NCBI GenBank assembly: GCA_043228905.1 | Contig: JBHGNT010000106.1 | Location: forward strand, 1 to 64,000 | DNA length: 64,000 nt | Source of the DNA: Azolla caroliniana | Taxonomy: Eukaryota > Plantae > Polypodiophyta | Reading direction: 5' to 3' | In this document: piece after piece, positions 14,301 to 28,100 of the stretch | How positions within the stretch are numbered: the first letter of the stretch is position 1 | How the letters are laid out: every line of letters begins with the position of its first letter | Notes under the pieces: generated by a model | Databases searched by the model: none | The model's input: only the letters and a program-made list of their open reading frames with translations | Told to the model about the DNA's origin: nothing | Position numbers and translations under genes: made by a program

Positions 14301-17300
14301 AGTTGTTAGCTTCGAATCGCATGTTTGAACACAAAAATCCGATATCACACGAGGCAGGTATGAACATTTTAATTTACTCAAGGGCTCCTCTCAACTCCCT
14401 CCTCATGTTTCCTAATTTCGTCATGTCTCTCGACCTGAGTTTCAAAATATTTATTTTTTAATTCTATATCATAGCTACCGTTGTTAGCTTCGATTCGCAT
14501 GTTTGAACACAAAAATCCGATATCACACGATCCAGGTATGAACATTTTAATTTACTCAAGGGCTCCTCTCAACTCCCTCCTCATGTTTGCTAATTTCGTC
14601 ATGTCTCTCGACCTGAGTTTCAAAATCTTGATTTTTTAATTCCATATCATAGCTAGCGTTGTTAGCTTCGATTCACATGTTTGAACACAAAAATCCGATA
14701 TTACACGAGCCAGGTATGAACATTTTAATTTACGCAAGGGCTCCTCTCAACTCCCTCCTCATGTTTGCTAATTTCGTCATGTCTCTCGACCTGAGTTTCA
14801 AAAGCTTGATTTTTTAATTCGATATCATAGCTAGCGTTGTTAGCTTCGAATCGCATGTTTGAACACAAAAATCCGATATCACACTAGCAGGTATGAACAT
14901 TTTAATTTACTCAAGGGCTCCTCTCAACTCCCTCCTCATGTTTCCTAATTTCGTCATGTCTCTCGACCTGAGTATCAAAATCTTGATTTTTTAATTCCAT
15001 ATCATAGCTAGCGTTGTTAGCTTCGAATCGCATGTTTGAACACAAAAATCCGATATCACACGAGGCAGGTATGAACATTTTAATTTACTCAAGGGTTCCT
15101 CTCAGCTCACTACTCAAATTTGCTAATTTCGTCATGTCTCTCGACCTGAGTTTCAAAATCTTGATTTTTTAATTCCATATCATAGCTAGCGTTGTTAGGT
15201 TCGATTCGCTTGGTTGAACGCAAAAATCCGATATCACACGAGCCAGGTATGAACATTTTCATTTACTCAAGGGCTCCTCTCAACTCCCTCCTCATGTTTG
15301 CTAATTTCGTCATGTCTGTCGACCTGAGTTTCAAAATCTTGATTTTATAATTCCATATTATAGCTAGCGTTGTTAGCTTCGAATCGCATGTTTGAACACA
15401 AAAATCCGATATCACACGAGGCAGGTATGAACATTTTAATTTACTCAAGGGCTCTTCTCAACTCACTCCTCAAATTTGCTAATTTCCTCATGTCTCTCGA
15501 CCTGAGTTTCAAAATCTTGATTTTTTAATTCCATATCATAGCTACCGTTGTTAGCTTCGAATTGCATGTTTGAACACAAAAATCCGATATCACACGAGCC
15601 AGATATGAACATTTTCATTTACTCACAGGCTCCTCTCAACTCACTACTCACATTTGTTAATTTCGTCATGTCTCTCGACCTGAGTTTCAAAATCTTGATT
15701 TTTTAATTCCATATTATAGCTAGAGTTGTTAGCTTCGAATCGCATGTTTGAACACAAAAATCCGATATCACACGAGCCAGATATAAACATTTTCATTTAC
15801 TCACAGGCTCCTCTCAACTCACTACTCACATTTGTTAATTTCGTCATGTCTCTCGACCTGAGTTTCAAAATCTTGATTTTTTAATTCCATATTATAGCTA
15901 GAGTTGTTAGCTTCGAATCGCATGTTTGAACACAAAAATCCGATATCACACGAGGCAGGTATGAACATTTTAATTTACTCAAGGGCTCTTCTCAACTCAC
16001 TCCTCAAATTTGCTAATTTCCTCATGTCTCTCGACCTGAGTTTCAAAATCTTGATTTTTTAATTCCATATCATAGCTACCGTTGTTAGCTTCGAATTGCA
16101 TGTTTGAACACAAAAATCCGATATCACACGAGCCAGATATGAACATTTTCATTTACTCACAGGCTCCTCTCAACTCACTACTCACATTTGTTAATTTCGT
16201 CATGTCTCTCGACCTGAGTTTCAAAATCTTGATTTTTTAATTCCATATTATAGCTAGAGTTGTTAGCTTCGAATCGCATGTTTGAACACAAAAATCCGAT
16301 ATCACACGAGGCAGGTATGAACATTTTAATTTACTCAAGGGCTCCTCTCAACTCCCTCCTCATGTTTCCTAATTTCGTCATGTCTCTCGACCTGAGTTTC
16401 AAAATCTTGATTTTTTAATTCCATATCATAGCTAGCGTTGTTACCTTCGATTCGCATGTTTGAACACAAAAATCCGATATCACACGAGCCACGTATGAAC
16501 ATTTTAATTTACTCAAGGGCTCCTCTGAACTCCCTCCTCATGTTTCCTAATTTCGTCATGTCTCTCGACCTGAGTTTCAAAATCTTGATTTTTTAATTCC
16601 ATATCATAGCTACCGTTGTTAGCTTCGAATTGCATGTTTAAACACAAAAATCCGATATCACACGAGCCAGATATGAACATTTTCATTTACTCACAGGCTC
16701 CTCTCAACTCACTACTCACATTTGTTAATTTCGTCATGTCTCTCGACCTGAGTTTCAAAATCTTGATTTTTTAATTCCATATTATAGCTAGAGTTGTTAG
16801 CTTCGAATCGCATGTTTGAACACAAAAATCCGATATCACACGAGGCAGGTATGAACATTTTAATTTACTCAAGGGCTCCTCTCAACTCCCTCCTCATGTT
16901 TCCTAATTTCGTCATGTCTCTCGACCTGAGTTTCAAAATATTTATTTTTTAATTCTATATCATAGCTACCGTTGTTAGCTTCGATTCGCATGTTTGAACA
17001 CAAAAATCCGATATCACACGATCCAGGTATGAACATTTTAATTTACTCAAGGGCTCCTCTCAACTCCCTCCTCATGTTTGCTAATTTCGTCATGTCTCTC
17101 GACCTGAGTTTCAAAATCTTGATTTTTTAATTCCATATCATAGCTAGCGTTGTTAGCTTCGATTCACATGTTTGAACACAAAAATCCGATATTACACGAG
17201 CCAGGTATGAACATTTTAATTTACGCAAGGGCTCCTCTCAACTCCCTCCTCATGTTTGCTAATTTCGTCATGTCTCTCGACCTGAGTTTCAAAATCTTGA

Positions 17301-20160
17301 TTTTTTAATTCGATATCATAGCTAGCGTTGTTAGCTTCGAATCGCATGTTTGAACACAAAAATCCGATATCACACTAGCAGGTATGAACATTTTAATTTA
17401 CTCAAGGGCTCCTCTCAACTCCCTCCTCATGTTTCCTAATTTCGTCATGTCTCTCGACCTGAGTTTCAAAATCTTGATTTTTTAATTCCATATCATAGCT
17501 AGCGTTGTTAGCTTCGAATCGCATGTTTGAACACAAAAATCCGATATCACACGAGGCAGGTATGAACATTTTAATTTACTCAAGGGTTCCTCTCAGCTCA
17601 CTACTCAAATTTGCTAATTTCGTCATGTCTCTCGACCTGAGTTTCAAAATCTTGATTTTTTAATTCCATATCATAGCTAGCGTTGTTAGGTTCGATTCGC
17701 TTGGTTGAACGCAAAAATCCGATATCACACGAGCCAGGTATGAACATTTTCATTTACTCAAGGGCTCCTCTCAACTCCCTCCTCATGTTTGCTAATTTCG
17801 TCATGTCTGTCGACCTGAGTTTCAAAATCTTGATTTTATAATTCCATATTATAGCTAGCGTTGTTAGCTTCGAATCGCATGTTTGAACACAAAAATCCGA
17901 TATCACACGAGGCAGGTATGAACATTTTAATTTACTCAAGGGCTCTTCTCAACTCACTCCTCAAATTTGCTAATTTCCTCATGTCTCTCGACCTGAGTTT
18001 CAAAATCTTGATTTTTTAATTCCATATCATAGCTACCGTTGTTAGCTTCGAATTGCATGTTTGAACACAAAAATCCGATATCACACGAGCCAGATATGAA
18101 CATTTTCATTTACTCACAGGCTCCTCTCAACTCACTACTCACATTTGTTAATTTCGTCATGTCTCTCGACCTGAGTTTCAAAATCTTGATTTTTTAATTC
18201 CATATTATAGCTAGAGTTGTTAGCTTCGAATCGCATGTTTGAACACAAAAATCCGATATCACACGAGGCAGGTATGAACATTTTAATTTACTCAAGGGCT
18301 CCTCTCAACTCACTACTCATGTTTGCTAATTTCGTCATGTCTCTCGACCTGAGTTTCAAAATCTTGATTTTTTAATTCCATATCATAGCTAGCGTTGTTA
18401 GCTTCGATTCACATGTTTGAACACAAAAATCCGATATTACACGAGCCAGGTATGAACATTTTAATTTACGCAAGGGCTCCTCTCAACTCCCTCCTCATGT
18501 TTGCTAATTTCGTCATGTCTCTCGACCTGAGTTTCAAAATATTTATTTTTTAATTCTATATCATAGCTACCGTTGTTAGCTTCGATTCGCATGTTTGAAC
18601 ACAAAAATCCGATATCACACGATCCAGGTATGAACATTTTAATTTACTCAAGGGCTCCTCTCAACTCCCTCCTCATGTTTGCTAATTTCGTCATGTCTCT
18701 CGACCTGAGTTTCAAAATCTTGATTTTTTAATTCCATATCATAGCTAGCGTTGTTAGCTTCGATTCACATGTTTGAACACAAAAATCCGATATTACACGA
18801 GCCAGGTATGAACATTTTAATTTACGCAAGGGCTCCTCTCAACTCCCTCCTCATGTTTGCTAATTTCGTCATGTCTCTCGACCTGAGTTTCAAAATCTTG
18901 ATTTTTTAATTCGATATCATAGCTAGCGTTGTTAGCTTCGAATCGCATGTTTGAACACAAAAATCCGATATCACACTAGCAGGTATGAACATTTTAATTT
19001 ACTCAAGGGCTCCTCTCAACTCCCTCCTCATGTTTCCTAATTTCGTCATGTCTCTCGACCTGAGTTTCAAAATCTTGATTTTTTAATTCCATATCATAGC
19101 TAGCGTTGTTAGCTTCGAATCGCATGTTTGAACACAAAAATCCGATATCACACGAGGCAGGTATGAACATTTTAATTTACTCAAGGGTTCCTCTCAGCTC
19201 ACTACTCAAATTTGCTAATTTCGTCATGTCTCTCGACCTGAGTTTCAAAATCTTGATTTTTTAATTCCATATCATAGCTAGCGTTGTTAGGTTCGATTCG
19301 CTTGGTTGAACGCAAAAATCCGATATCACACGAGCCAGGTATGAACATTTTCATTTACTCAAGGGCTCCTCTCAACTCCCTCCTCATGTTTGCTAATTTC
19401 GTCATGTCTGTCGACCTGAGTTTCAAAATCTTGATTTTTTAATTCCATATTGTAGCTAGCGTTGTTAGCTTCGAATCGCATGTTTGAACACAAAAATCCG
19501 ATATCACACGAGCCAGGTATGAACATTTTCATTTACTCAAGGGCTCTTCTCAACTCACTCCTCAAATTTGCTAATTTCCTCATGTCTCTCGACCTGAGTT
19601 TCAAAATCTTGATTTTTTAATTCCATATCATAGCTACCGTTGTTAGCTTCGAATTGCATGTTTGAACACAAAAATCCGATATCACACGAGCCAGATATGA
19701 ACATTTTCATTTACTCACAGGCTCCTCTCAACTCACTACTCACATTTGTTAAATTCGTCATGTCTCTTGACCTGAGTTTCAAAATCTTGATTTTTTAATT
19801 CCATATTATAGCTAGCGTTGTTAGCTTCGAATCGCATGTTTGAACACAAAAATCCGATATCACACGAGCCAGGTATGAACATTTTCATTTACTCACAGGC
19901 TCCTCTCAACTCACTACTCACATTTGTTAATTTCGTCATGTCTCTCGACCTGAGTTTCAAAATCTTGATTTTTTTATTCCATATCATAGCTACCGTTGTT
20001 AGCTTCGAATTGCATGTTTGAACACAAAAATCCGATATCACACGAGCCAGATATGAACATTTTCATTTACTCACAGGCTCCTCTCAACTCACTACTCACA
20101 TTTGTTAATTTCGTCATGTCTCTCGACCTGAGTTTCAAAATCTTGATTTTTTAATTCCAT
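6350..20160 (+). repeat. About 5.3-kb block duplicated at offset 8540 bp (6350-11620 vs 14890-20160)
   Basis: ORF pairs 6723/15263, 9214/17754 and 11278/19818, and CACTAG markers 8833/17373 and 10434/18974, all differ by 8540 = 48x178-4. Confidence 0.85.
10229..14148 (+). repeat. Tandem duplication of an 11-monomer block (period 1957 bp)
   Basis: CACTAG at 10434/12391 and ORF copies at 11278/13235 are offset by 1957 = 11x178-1. Confidence 0.85.
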
Positions 20161-22129
20161 ATTATAGCTAGAGTTGTTAGCTTCGAATCGCATGTTTGAA
20201 CACAAAAATCCGATATCACACGAGGCAGGTATGAACATTTTAATTTACTCAAGGGCTCCTCTCAACTCCCTCCTCATGTTTCCTAATTTCGTCATGTCTC
20301 TCGACCTGAGTTTCAAAATATTTATTTTTTAATTCTATATCATAGCTACCGTTGTTAGCTTCGATTCGCATGTTTGAACACAAAAATCCGATATCACACG
20401 ATCCAGGTATGAACATTTTAATTTACTCAAGGGCTCCTCTCAACTCCCTCCTCATGTTTGCTAATTTCGTCATGTCTCTCGACCTGAGTTTCAAAATCTT
20501 GATTTTTTAATTCCATATCATAGCTAGCGTTGTTAGCTTCGATTCACATGTTTGAACACAAAAATCCGATATTACACGAGCCAGGTATGAACATTTTAAT
20601 TTACGCAAGGGCTCCTCTCAACTCCCTCCTCATGTTTGCTAATTTCGTCATGTCTCTCGACCTGAGTTTCAAAATCTTGATTTTTTAATTCGATATCATA
20701 GCTAGCGTTGTTAGCTTCGAATCGCATGTTTGAACACAAAAATCCGATATCACACTAGCAGGTATGAACATTTTAATTTACTCAAGGGCTCCTCTCAACT
20801 CCCTCCTCATGTTTCCTAATTTCGTCATGTCTCTCGACCTGAGTTTCAAAATCTTGATTTTTTAATTCCATATCATAGCTAGCGTTGTTAGCTTCGAATC
20901 GCATGTTTGAACACAAAAATCCGATATCACACGAGGCAGGTATGAACATTTTAATTTACTCAAGGGTTCCTCTCAGCTCACTACTCAAATTTGCTAATTT
21001 CGTCATGTCTCTCGACCTGAGTTTCAAAATCTTGATTTTTTAATTCCATATCATAGCTAGCGTTGTTAGGTTCGATTCGCTTGGTTGAACGCAAAAATCC
21101 GATATCACACGAGCCAGGTATGAACATTTTCATTTACTCAAGGGCTCCTCTCAACTCCCTCCTCATGTTTGCTAATTTCGTCATGTCTGTCGACCTGAGT
21201 TTCAAAATCTTGATTTTATAATTCCATATTATAGCTAGCGTTGTTAGCTTCGAATCGCATGTTTGAACACAAAAATCCGATATCACACGAGGCAGGTATG
21301 AACATTTTAATTTACTCAAGGGCTCTTCTCAACTCACTCCTCAAATTTGCTAATTTCCTCATGTCTCTCGACCTGAGTTTCAAAATCTTGATTTTTTAAT
21401 TCCATATCATAGCTACCGTTGTTAGCTTCGAATTGCATGTTTGAACACAAAAATCCGATATCACACGAGCCAGATATGAACATTTTCATTTACTCACAGG
21501 CTCCTCTCAACTCACTACTCACATTTGTTAATTTCGTCATGTCTCTCGACCTGAGTTTCAAAATCTTGATTTTTTAATTCCATATTATAGCTAGAGTTGT
21601 TAGCTTCGAATCGCATGTTTGAACACAAAAATCCGATATCACACGAGGCAGGTATGAACATTTTAATTTACTCAAGGGCTCCTCTCAACTCCCTCCTCAT
21701 GTTTCCTAATTTCGTCATGTCTCTCGACCTGAGTTTCAAAATCTTGATTTTTTAATTCCATATCATAGCTAGCGTTGTTACCTTCGATTCGCATGTTTGA
21801 ACACAAAAATCCGATATCACACGAGCCACGTATGAACATTTTAATTTACTCAAGGGCTCCTCTCAACTCCCTCCTCATGTTTCCTAATTTTGTCATGTCT
21901 CTCGACCTGAGTTTCAAAATCTTGATTTTTTAATTCCATATCATAGCTACCGTTGTTAGCTTCGAATTGCATGTTTGAACACAAAAATCCGATATCACAC
22001 GAGCCAGATATGAACATTTTCATTTACTCACAGGCTCCTCTCAACTCACTACTCACATTTGTTAATTTCGTCATGTCTCTCGACCTGAGTTTCAAAATCT
22101 TGATTTTTTAATTCCATATTATAGCTAGA

Positions 22130-25100
22130 GTTGTTAGCTTCGAATCGCATGTTTGAACACAAAAATCCGATATCACACGAGGCAGGTATGAACATTTTAA
22201 TTTACTCAAGGGCTCTTCTCAACTCACTCCTCAAATTTGCTAATTTCCTCATGTCTCTCGACCTGAGTTTCAAAATCTTGATTTTTTAATTCCATATCAT
22301 AGCTACCGTTGTTAGCTTCGAATTGCATGTTTGAACACAAAAATCCGATATCACACGAGCCAGATATGAACATTTTCATTTACTCACAGGCTCCTCTCAA
22401 CTCACTACTCACATTTGTTAATTTCGTCATGTCTCTCGACCTGAGTTTCAAAATCTTGATTTTTTAATTCCATATTATAGCTAGAGTTGTTAGCTTCGAA
22501 TCGCATGTTTGAACACAAAAATCCGATATCACACGAGGCAGGTATGAACATTTTAATTTACTCAAGGGCTCCTCTCAACTCCCTCCTCATGTTTCCTAAT
22601 TTCGTCATGTCTCTCGACCTGAGTTTCAAAATCTTGATTTTTTAATTCCATATCATAGCTAGCGTTGTTACCTTCGATTCGCATGTTTGAACACAAAAAT
22701 CCGATATCACACGAGCCACGTATGAACATTTTAATTTACTCAAGGGCTCCTCTCAACTCCCTCCTCATGTTTCCTAATTTCGTCATGTCTCTCGACCTGA
22801 GTTTCAAAATCTTGATTTTTTAATTCCATATCATAGCTACCGTTGTTAGCTTCGAATTGCATGTTTGAACACAAAAATCCGATATCACACGAGCCAGATA
22901 TGAACATTTTCATTTACTCACAGGCTCCTCTCAACTCACTACTCACATTTGTTAATTTCGTCATGTCTCTCGACCTGAGTTTCAAAATCTTGATTTTTTA
23001 ATTCCATATTATAGCTAGAGTTGTTAGCTTCGAATCGCATGTTTGAACACAAAAATCCGATATCACACGAGGCAGGTATGAACATTTTAATTTACTCAAG
23101 GGCTCCTCTCAACTCCCTCCTCATGTTTCCTAATTTCGTCATGTCTCTCGACCTGAGTTTCAAAATCTTGATTTTTTAATTCCATATCATAGCTAGCGTT
23201 GTTACCTTCGATTCGCATGTTTGAACACAAAAATCCGATATCACACGAGCCACGTATGAACATTTTAATTTACTCAAGGGCTCCTCTCAACTCCCTCCTC
23301 ATGTTTCCTAATTTCGTCATGTCTCTCGACCTGAGTTTCAAAATCTTGATTTTTTTATTCCATATCATAGCTACCGTTGTTAGCTTCGAATTGCATGTTT
23401 GAACACAAAAATCCGATATCACACGAGCCAGATATGAACATTTTCATTTACTCACAGGCTCCTCTCAACTCACTACTCACATTTGTTAATTTCGTCATGT
23501 CTCTCGACCTGAGTTTCAAAATCTTGATTTTTTAATTCCATATTATAGCTAGAGTTGTTAGCTTCGAATCGCATGTTTGAACACAAAAATCCGATATCAC
23601 ACGAGGCAGGTATGAACATTTTAATTTACTCAAGGGCTCCTCTCAACTCCCTCCTCATGTTTCCTAATTTCGTCATGTCTCTCGACCTGAGTTTCAAAAT
23701 ATTTATTTTTTAATTCTATATCATAGCTACCGTTGTTAGCTTCGATTCGCATGTTTGAACACAAAAATCCGATATCACACGATCCAGGTATGAACATTTT
23801 AATTTACTCAAGGGCTCCTCTCAACTCCCTCCTCATGTTTGCTAATTTCGTCATGTCTCTCGACCTGAGTTTCAAAATCTTGATTTTTTAATTCCATATC
23901 ATAGCTAGCGTTGTTAGCTTCGATTCACATGTTTGAACACAAAAATCCGATATTACACGAGCCAGGTATGAACATTTTAATTTACGCAAGGGCTCCTCTC
24001 AACTCCCTCCTCATGTTTGCTAATTTCGTCATGTCTCTCGACCTGAGTTTCAAAATCTTGATTTTTTAATTCGATATCATAGCTAGCGTTGTTAGCTTCG
24101 AATCGCATGTTTGAACACAAAAATCCGATATCACACTAGCAGGTATGAACATTTTAATTTACTCAAGGGCTCCTCTCAACTCCCTCCTCATGTTTCCTAA
24201 TTTCGTCATGTCTCTCGACCTGAGTTTCAAAATCTTGATTTTTTAATTCCATATCATAGCTAGCGTTGTTAGCTTCGAATCGCATGTTTGAACACAAAAA
24301 TCCGATATCACACGAGGCAGGTATGAACATTTTAATTTACTCAAGGGTTCCTCTCAGCTCACTACTCAAATTTGCTAATTTCGTCATGTCTCTCGACCTG
24401 AGTTTCAAAATCTTGATTTTTTAATTCCATATCATAGCTAGCGTTGTTAGGTTCGATTCGCTTGGTTGAACGCAAAAATCCGATATCACACGAGCCAGGT
24501 ATGAACATTTTCATTTACTCAAGGGCTCCTCTCAACTCCCTCCTCATGTTTGCTAATTTCGTCATGTCTGTCGACCTGAGTTTCAAAATCTTGATTTTAT
24601 AATTCCATATTATAGCTAGCGTTGTTAGCTTCGAATCGCATGTTTGAACACAAAAATCCGATATCACACGAGGCAGGTATGAACATTTTAATTTACTCAA
24701 GGGCTCTTCTCAACTCACTCCTCAAATTTGCTAATTTCCTCATGTCTCTCGACCTGAGTTTCAAAATCTTGATTTTTTAATTCCATATCATAGCTACCGT
24801 TGTTAGCTTCGAATTGCATGTTTGAACACAAAAATCCGATATCACACGAGCCAGATATGAACATTTTCATTTACTCACAGGCTCCTCTCAACTCACTACT
24901 CACATTTGTTAATTTCGTCATGTCTCTCGACCTGAGTTTCAAAATCTTGATTTTTTAATTCCATATTATAGCTAGAGTTGTTAGCTTCGAATCGCATGTT
25001 TGAACACAAAAATCCGATATCACACGAGGCAGGTATGAACATTTTAATTTACTCAAGGGCTCCTCTCAACTCCCTCCTCATGTTTCCTAATTTCATCATG

Positions 25101-28100
25101 TCTCTCGACCTGAGTTTCAAAATCTTGATTTTTTAATTCCATATCATAGCTAGCGTTGTTACCTTCGATTCGCATGTTTGAACACAAAAATCCGATATCA
25201 CACGAGCCACGTATGAACATTTTAATTTACTCAAGGGCTCCTCTCAACTCCCTCCTCATGTTTCCTAATTTCGTCATGTCTCTCGACCTGAGTTTCAAAA
25301 TCTTGATTTTTTAATTCCATATCATAGCTACCGTTGTTAGCTTCGAATTGCATGTTTGAACACAAAAATCCGATATCACACGAGCCAGATATGAACATTT
25401 TCATTTACTCACAGGCTCCTCTCAACTCACTACTCACATTTGTTAATTTCGTCATGTCTCTCGACCTGAGTTTCAAAATCTTGATTTTTTAATTCCATAT
25501 TATAGCTAGAGTTGTTAGCTTCGAATCGCATGTTTGAACACCAAAATCCGATATCACACGAGGCAGGTATGAACATTTTAATTTACTCAAGGGCTCCTCT
25601 CAACTCCCTCCTCATGTTTCCTAATTTCGTCATGTCTCTCGACCTGAGTTTCAAAATCTTGATTTTTTAATTCCATATCATAGCTAGCGTTGTTACCTTC
25701 GATTCGCATGTTTGAACACAAAACTCCGATATCACACGAGCCACGTATGAACATTTTAATTTACTCAAGGGCTCCTCTCAACTCCCTCCTCATGTTTCCT
25801 AATTTCGTCATGTCTCTCGACCTGAGTTTCAAAATCTTGATTTTTTTATTCCATATCATAGCTACCGTTGTTAGCTTCGAATTGCATGTTTGAACACAAA
25901 AATCCGATATCACACGAGCCAGATATGAACATTTTCATTTACTCACAGGCTCCTCTCAACTCACTACTCACATTTGTTAATTTCGTCATGTCTCTCGACC
26001 TGAGTTTCAAAATCTTGATTTTTTAATTCCATATTATAGCTAGAGTTGTTAGCTTCGAATCGCATGTTTGAACACAAAAATCCGATATCACACGAGGCAG
26101 GTATGAACATTTTAATTTACTCAAGGGCTCCTCTCAACTCCCTCCTCATGTTTCCTAATTTCGTCATGTCTCTCGACCTGAGTTTCAAAATATTTATTTT
26201 TTAATTCTATATCATAGCTACCGTTGTTAGCTTCGATTCGCATGTTTGAACACAAAAATCCGATATCACACGATCCAGGTATGAACATTTTAATTTACTC
26301 AAGGGCTCCTCTCAACTCCCTCCTCATGTTTGCTAATTTCGTCATGTCTCTCGACCTGAGTTTCAAAATCTTGATTTTTTAATTCCATATCATAGCTAGC
26401 GTTGTTAGCTTCGATTCACATGTTTGAACACAAAAATCCGATATTACACGAGCCAGGTATGAACATTTTAATTTACGCAAGGGCTCCTCTCAACTCCCTC
26501 CTCATGTTTGCTAATTTCGTCATGTCTCTCGACCTGAGTTTCAAAATCTTGATTTTTTAATTCGATATCATAGCTAGCGTTGTTAGCTTCGAATCGCATG
26601 TTTGAACACAAAAATCCGATATCACACTAGCAGGTATGAACATTTTAATTTACTCAAGGGCTCCTCTCAACTCCCTCCTCATGTTTCCTAATTTCGTCAT
26701 GTCTCTCGACCTGAGTTTCAAAATCTTGATTTTTTAATTCCATATCATAGCTAGCGTTGTTAGCTTCGAATCGCATGTTTGAACACAAAAATCCGATATC
26801 ACACGAGGCAGGTATGAACATTTTAATTTACTCAAGGGTTCCTCTCAGCTCACTACTCAAATTTGCTAATTTCGTCATGTCTCTCGACCTGAGTTTCAAA
26901 ATCTTGATTTTTTAATTCCATATCATAGCTAGCGTTGTTAGGTTCGATTCGCTTGGTTGAACGCAAAAATCCGATATCACACGAGCCAGGTATGAACATT
27001 TTCATTTACTCAAGGGCTCCTCTCAACTCCCTCCTCATGTTTGCTAATTTCGTCATGTCTGTCGACCTGAGTTTCAAAATCTTGATTTTATAATTCCATA
27101 TTATAGCTAGCGTTGTTAGCTTCGAATCGCATGTTTGAACACAAAAATCCGATATCACACGAGGCAGGTATGAACATTTTAATTTACTCAAGGGCTCTTC
27201 TCAACTCACTCCTCAAATTTGCTAATTTCCTCATGTCTCTCGACCTGAGTTTCAAAATCTTGATTTTTTAATTCCATATCATAGCTACCGTTGTTAGCTT
27301 CGAATTGCATGTTTGAACACAAAAATCCGATATCACACGAGCCAGATATGAACATTTTCATTTACTCACAGGCTCCTCTCAACTCACTACTCACATTTGT
27401 TAATTTCGTCATGTCTCTCGACCTGAGTTTCAAAATCTTGATTTTTTAATTCCATATTATAGCTAGAGTTGTTAGCTTCGAATCGCATGTTTGAACACAA
27501 AAATCCGATATCACACGAGGCAGGTATGAACATTTTAATTTACTCAAGGGCTCCTCTCAACTCCCTCCTCATGTTTCCTAATTTCATCATGTCTCTCGAC
27601 CTGAGTTTCAAAATCTTGATTTTTTAATTCCATATCATAGCTAGCGTTGTTACCTTCGATTCGCATGTTTGAACACAAAAATCCGATATCACACGAGCCA
27701 CGTATGAACATTTTAATTTACTCAAGGGCTCCTCTCAACTCCCTCCTCATGTTTCCTAATTTCGTCATGTCTCTCGACCTGAGTTTCAAAATCTTGATTT
27801 TTTAATTCCATATCATAGCTACCGTTGTTAGCTTCGAATTGCATGTTTGAACACAAAAATCCGATATCACACGAGCCAGATATGAACATTTTCATTTACT
27901 CACAGGCTCCTCTCAACTCACTACTCACATTTGTTAATTTCGTCATGTCTCTCGACCTGAGTTTCAAAATCTTGATTTTTTAATTCCATATTATAGCTAG
28001 AGTTGTTAGCTTCGAATCGCATGTTTGAACACAAAAATCCGATATCACACGAGGCAGGTATGAACATTTTAATTTACTCAAGGGCTCCTCTCAACTCCCT

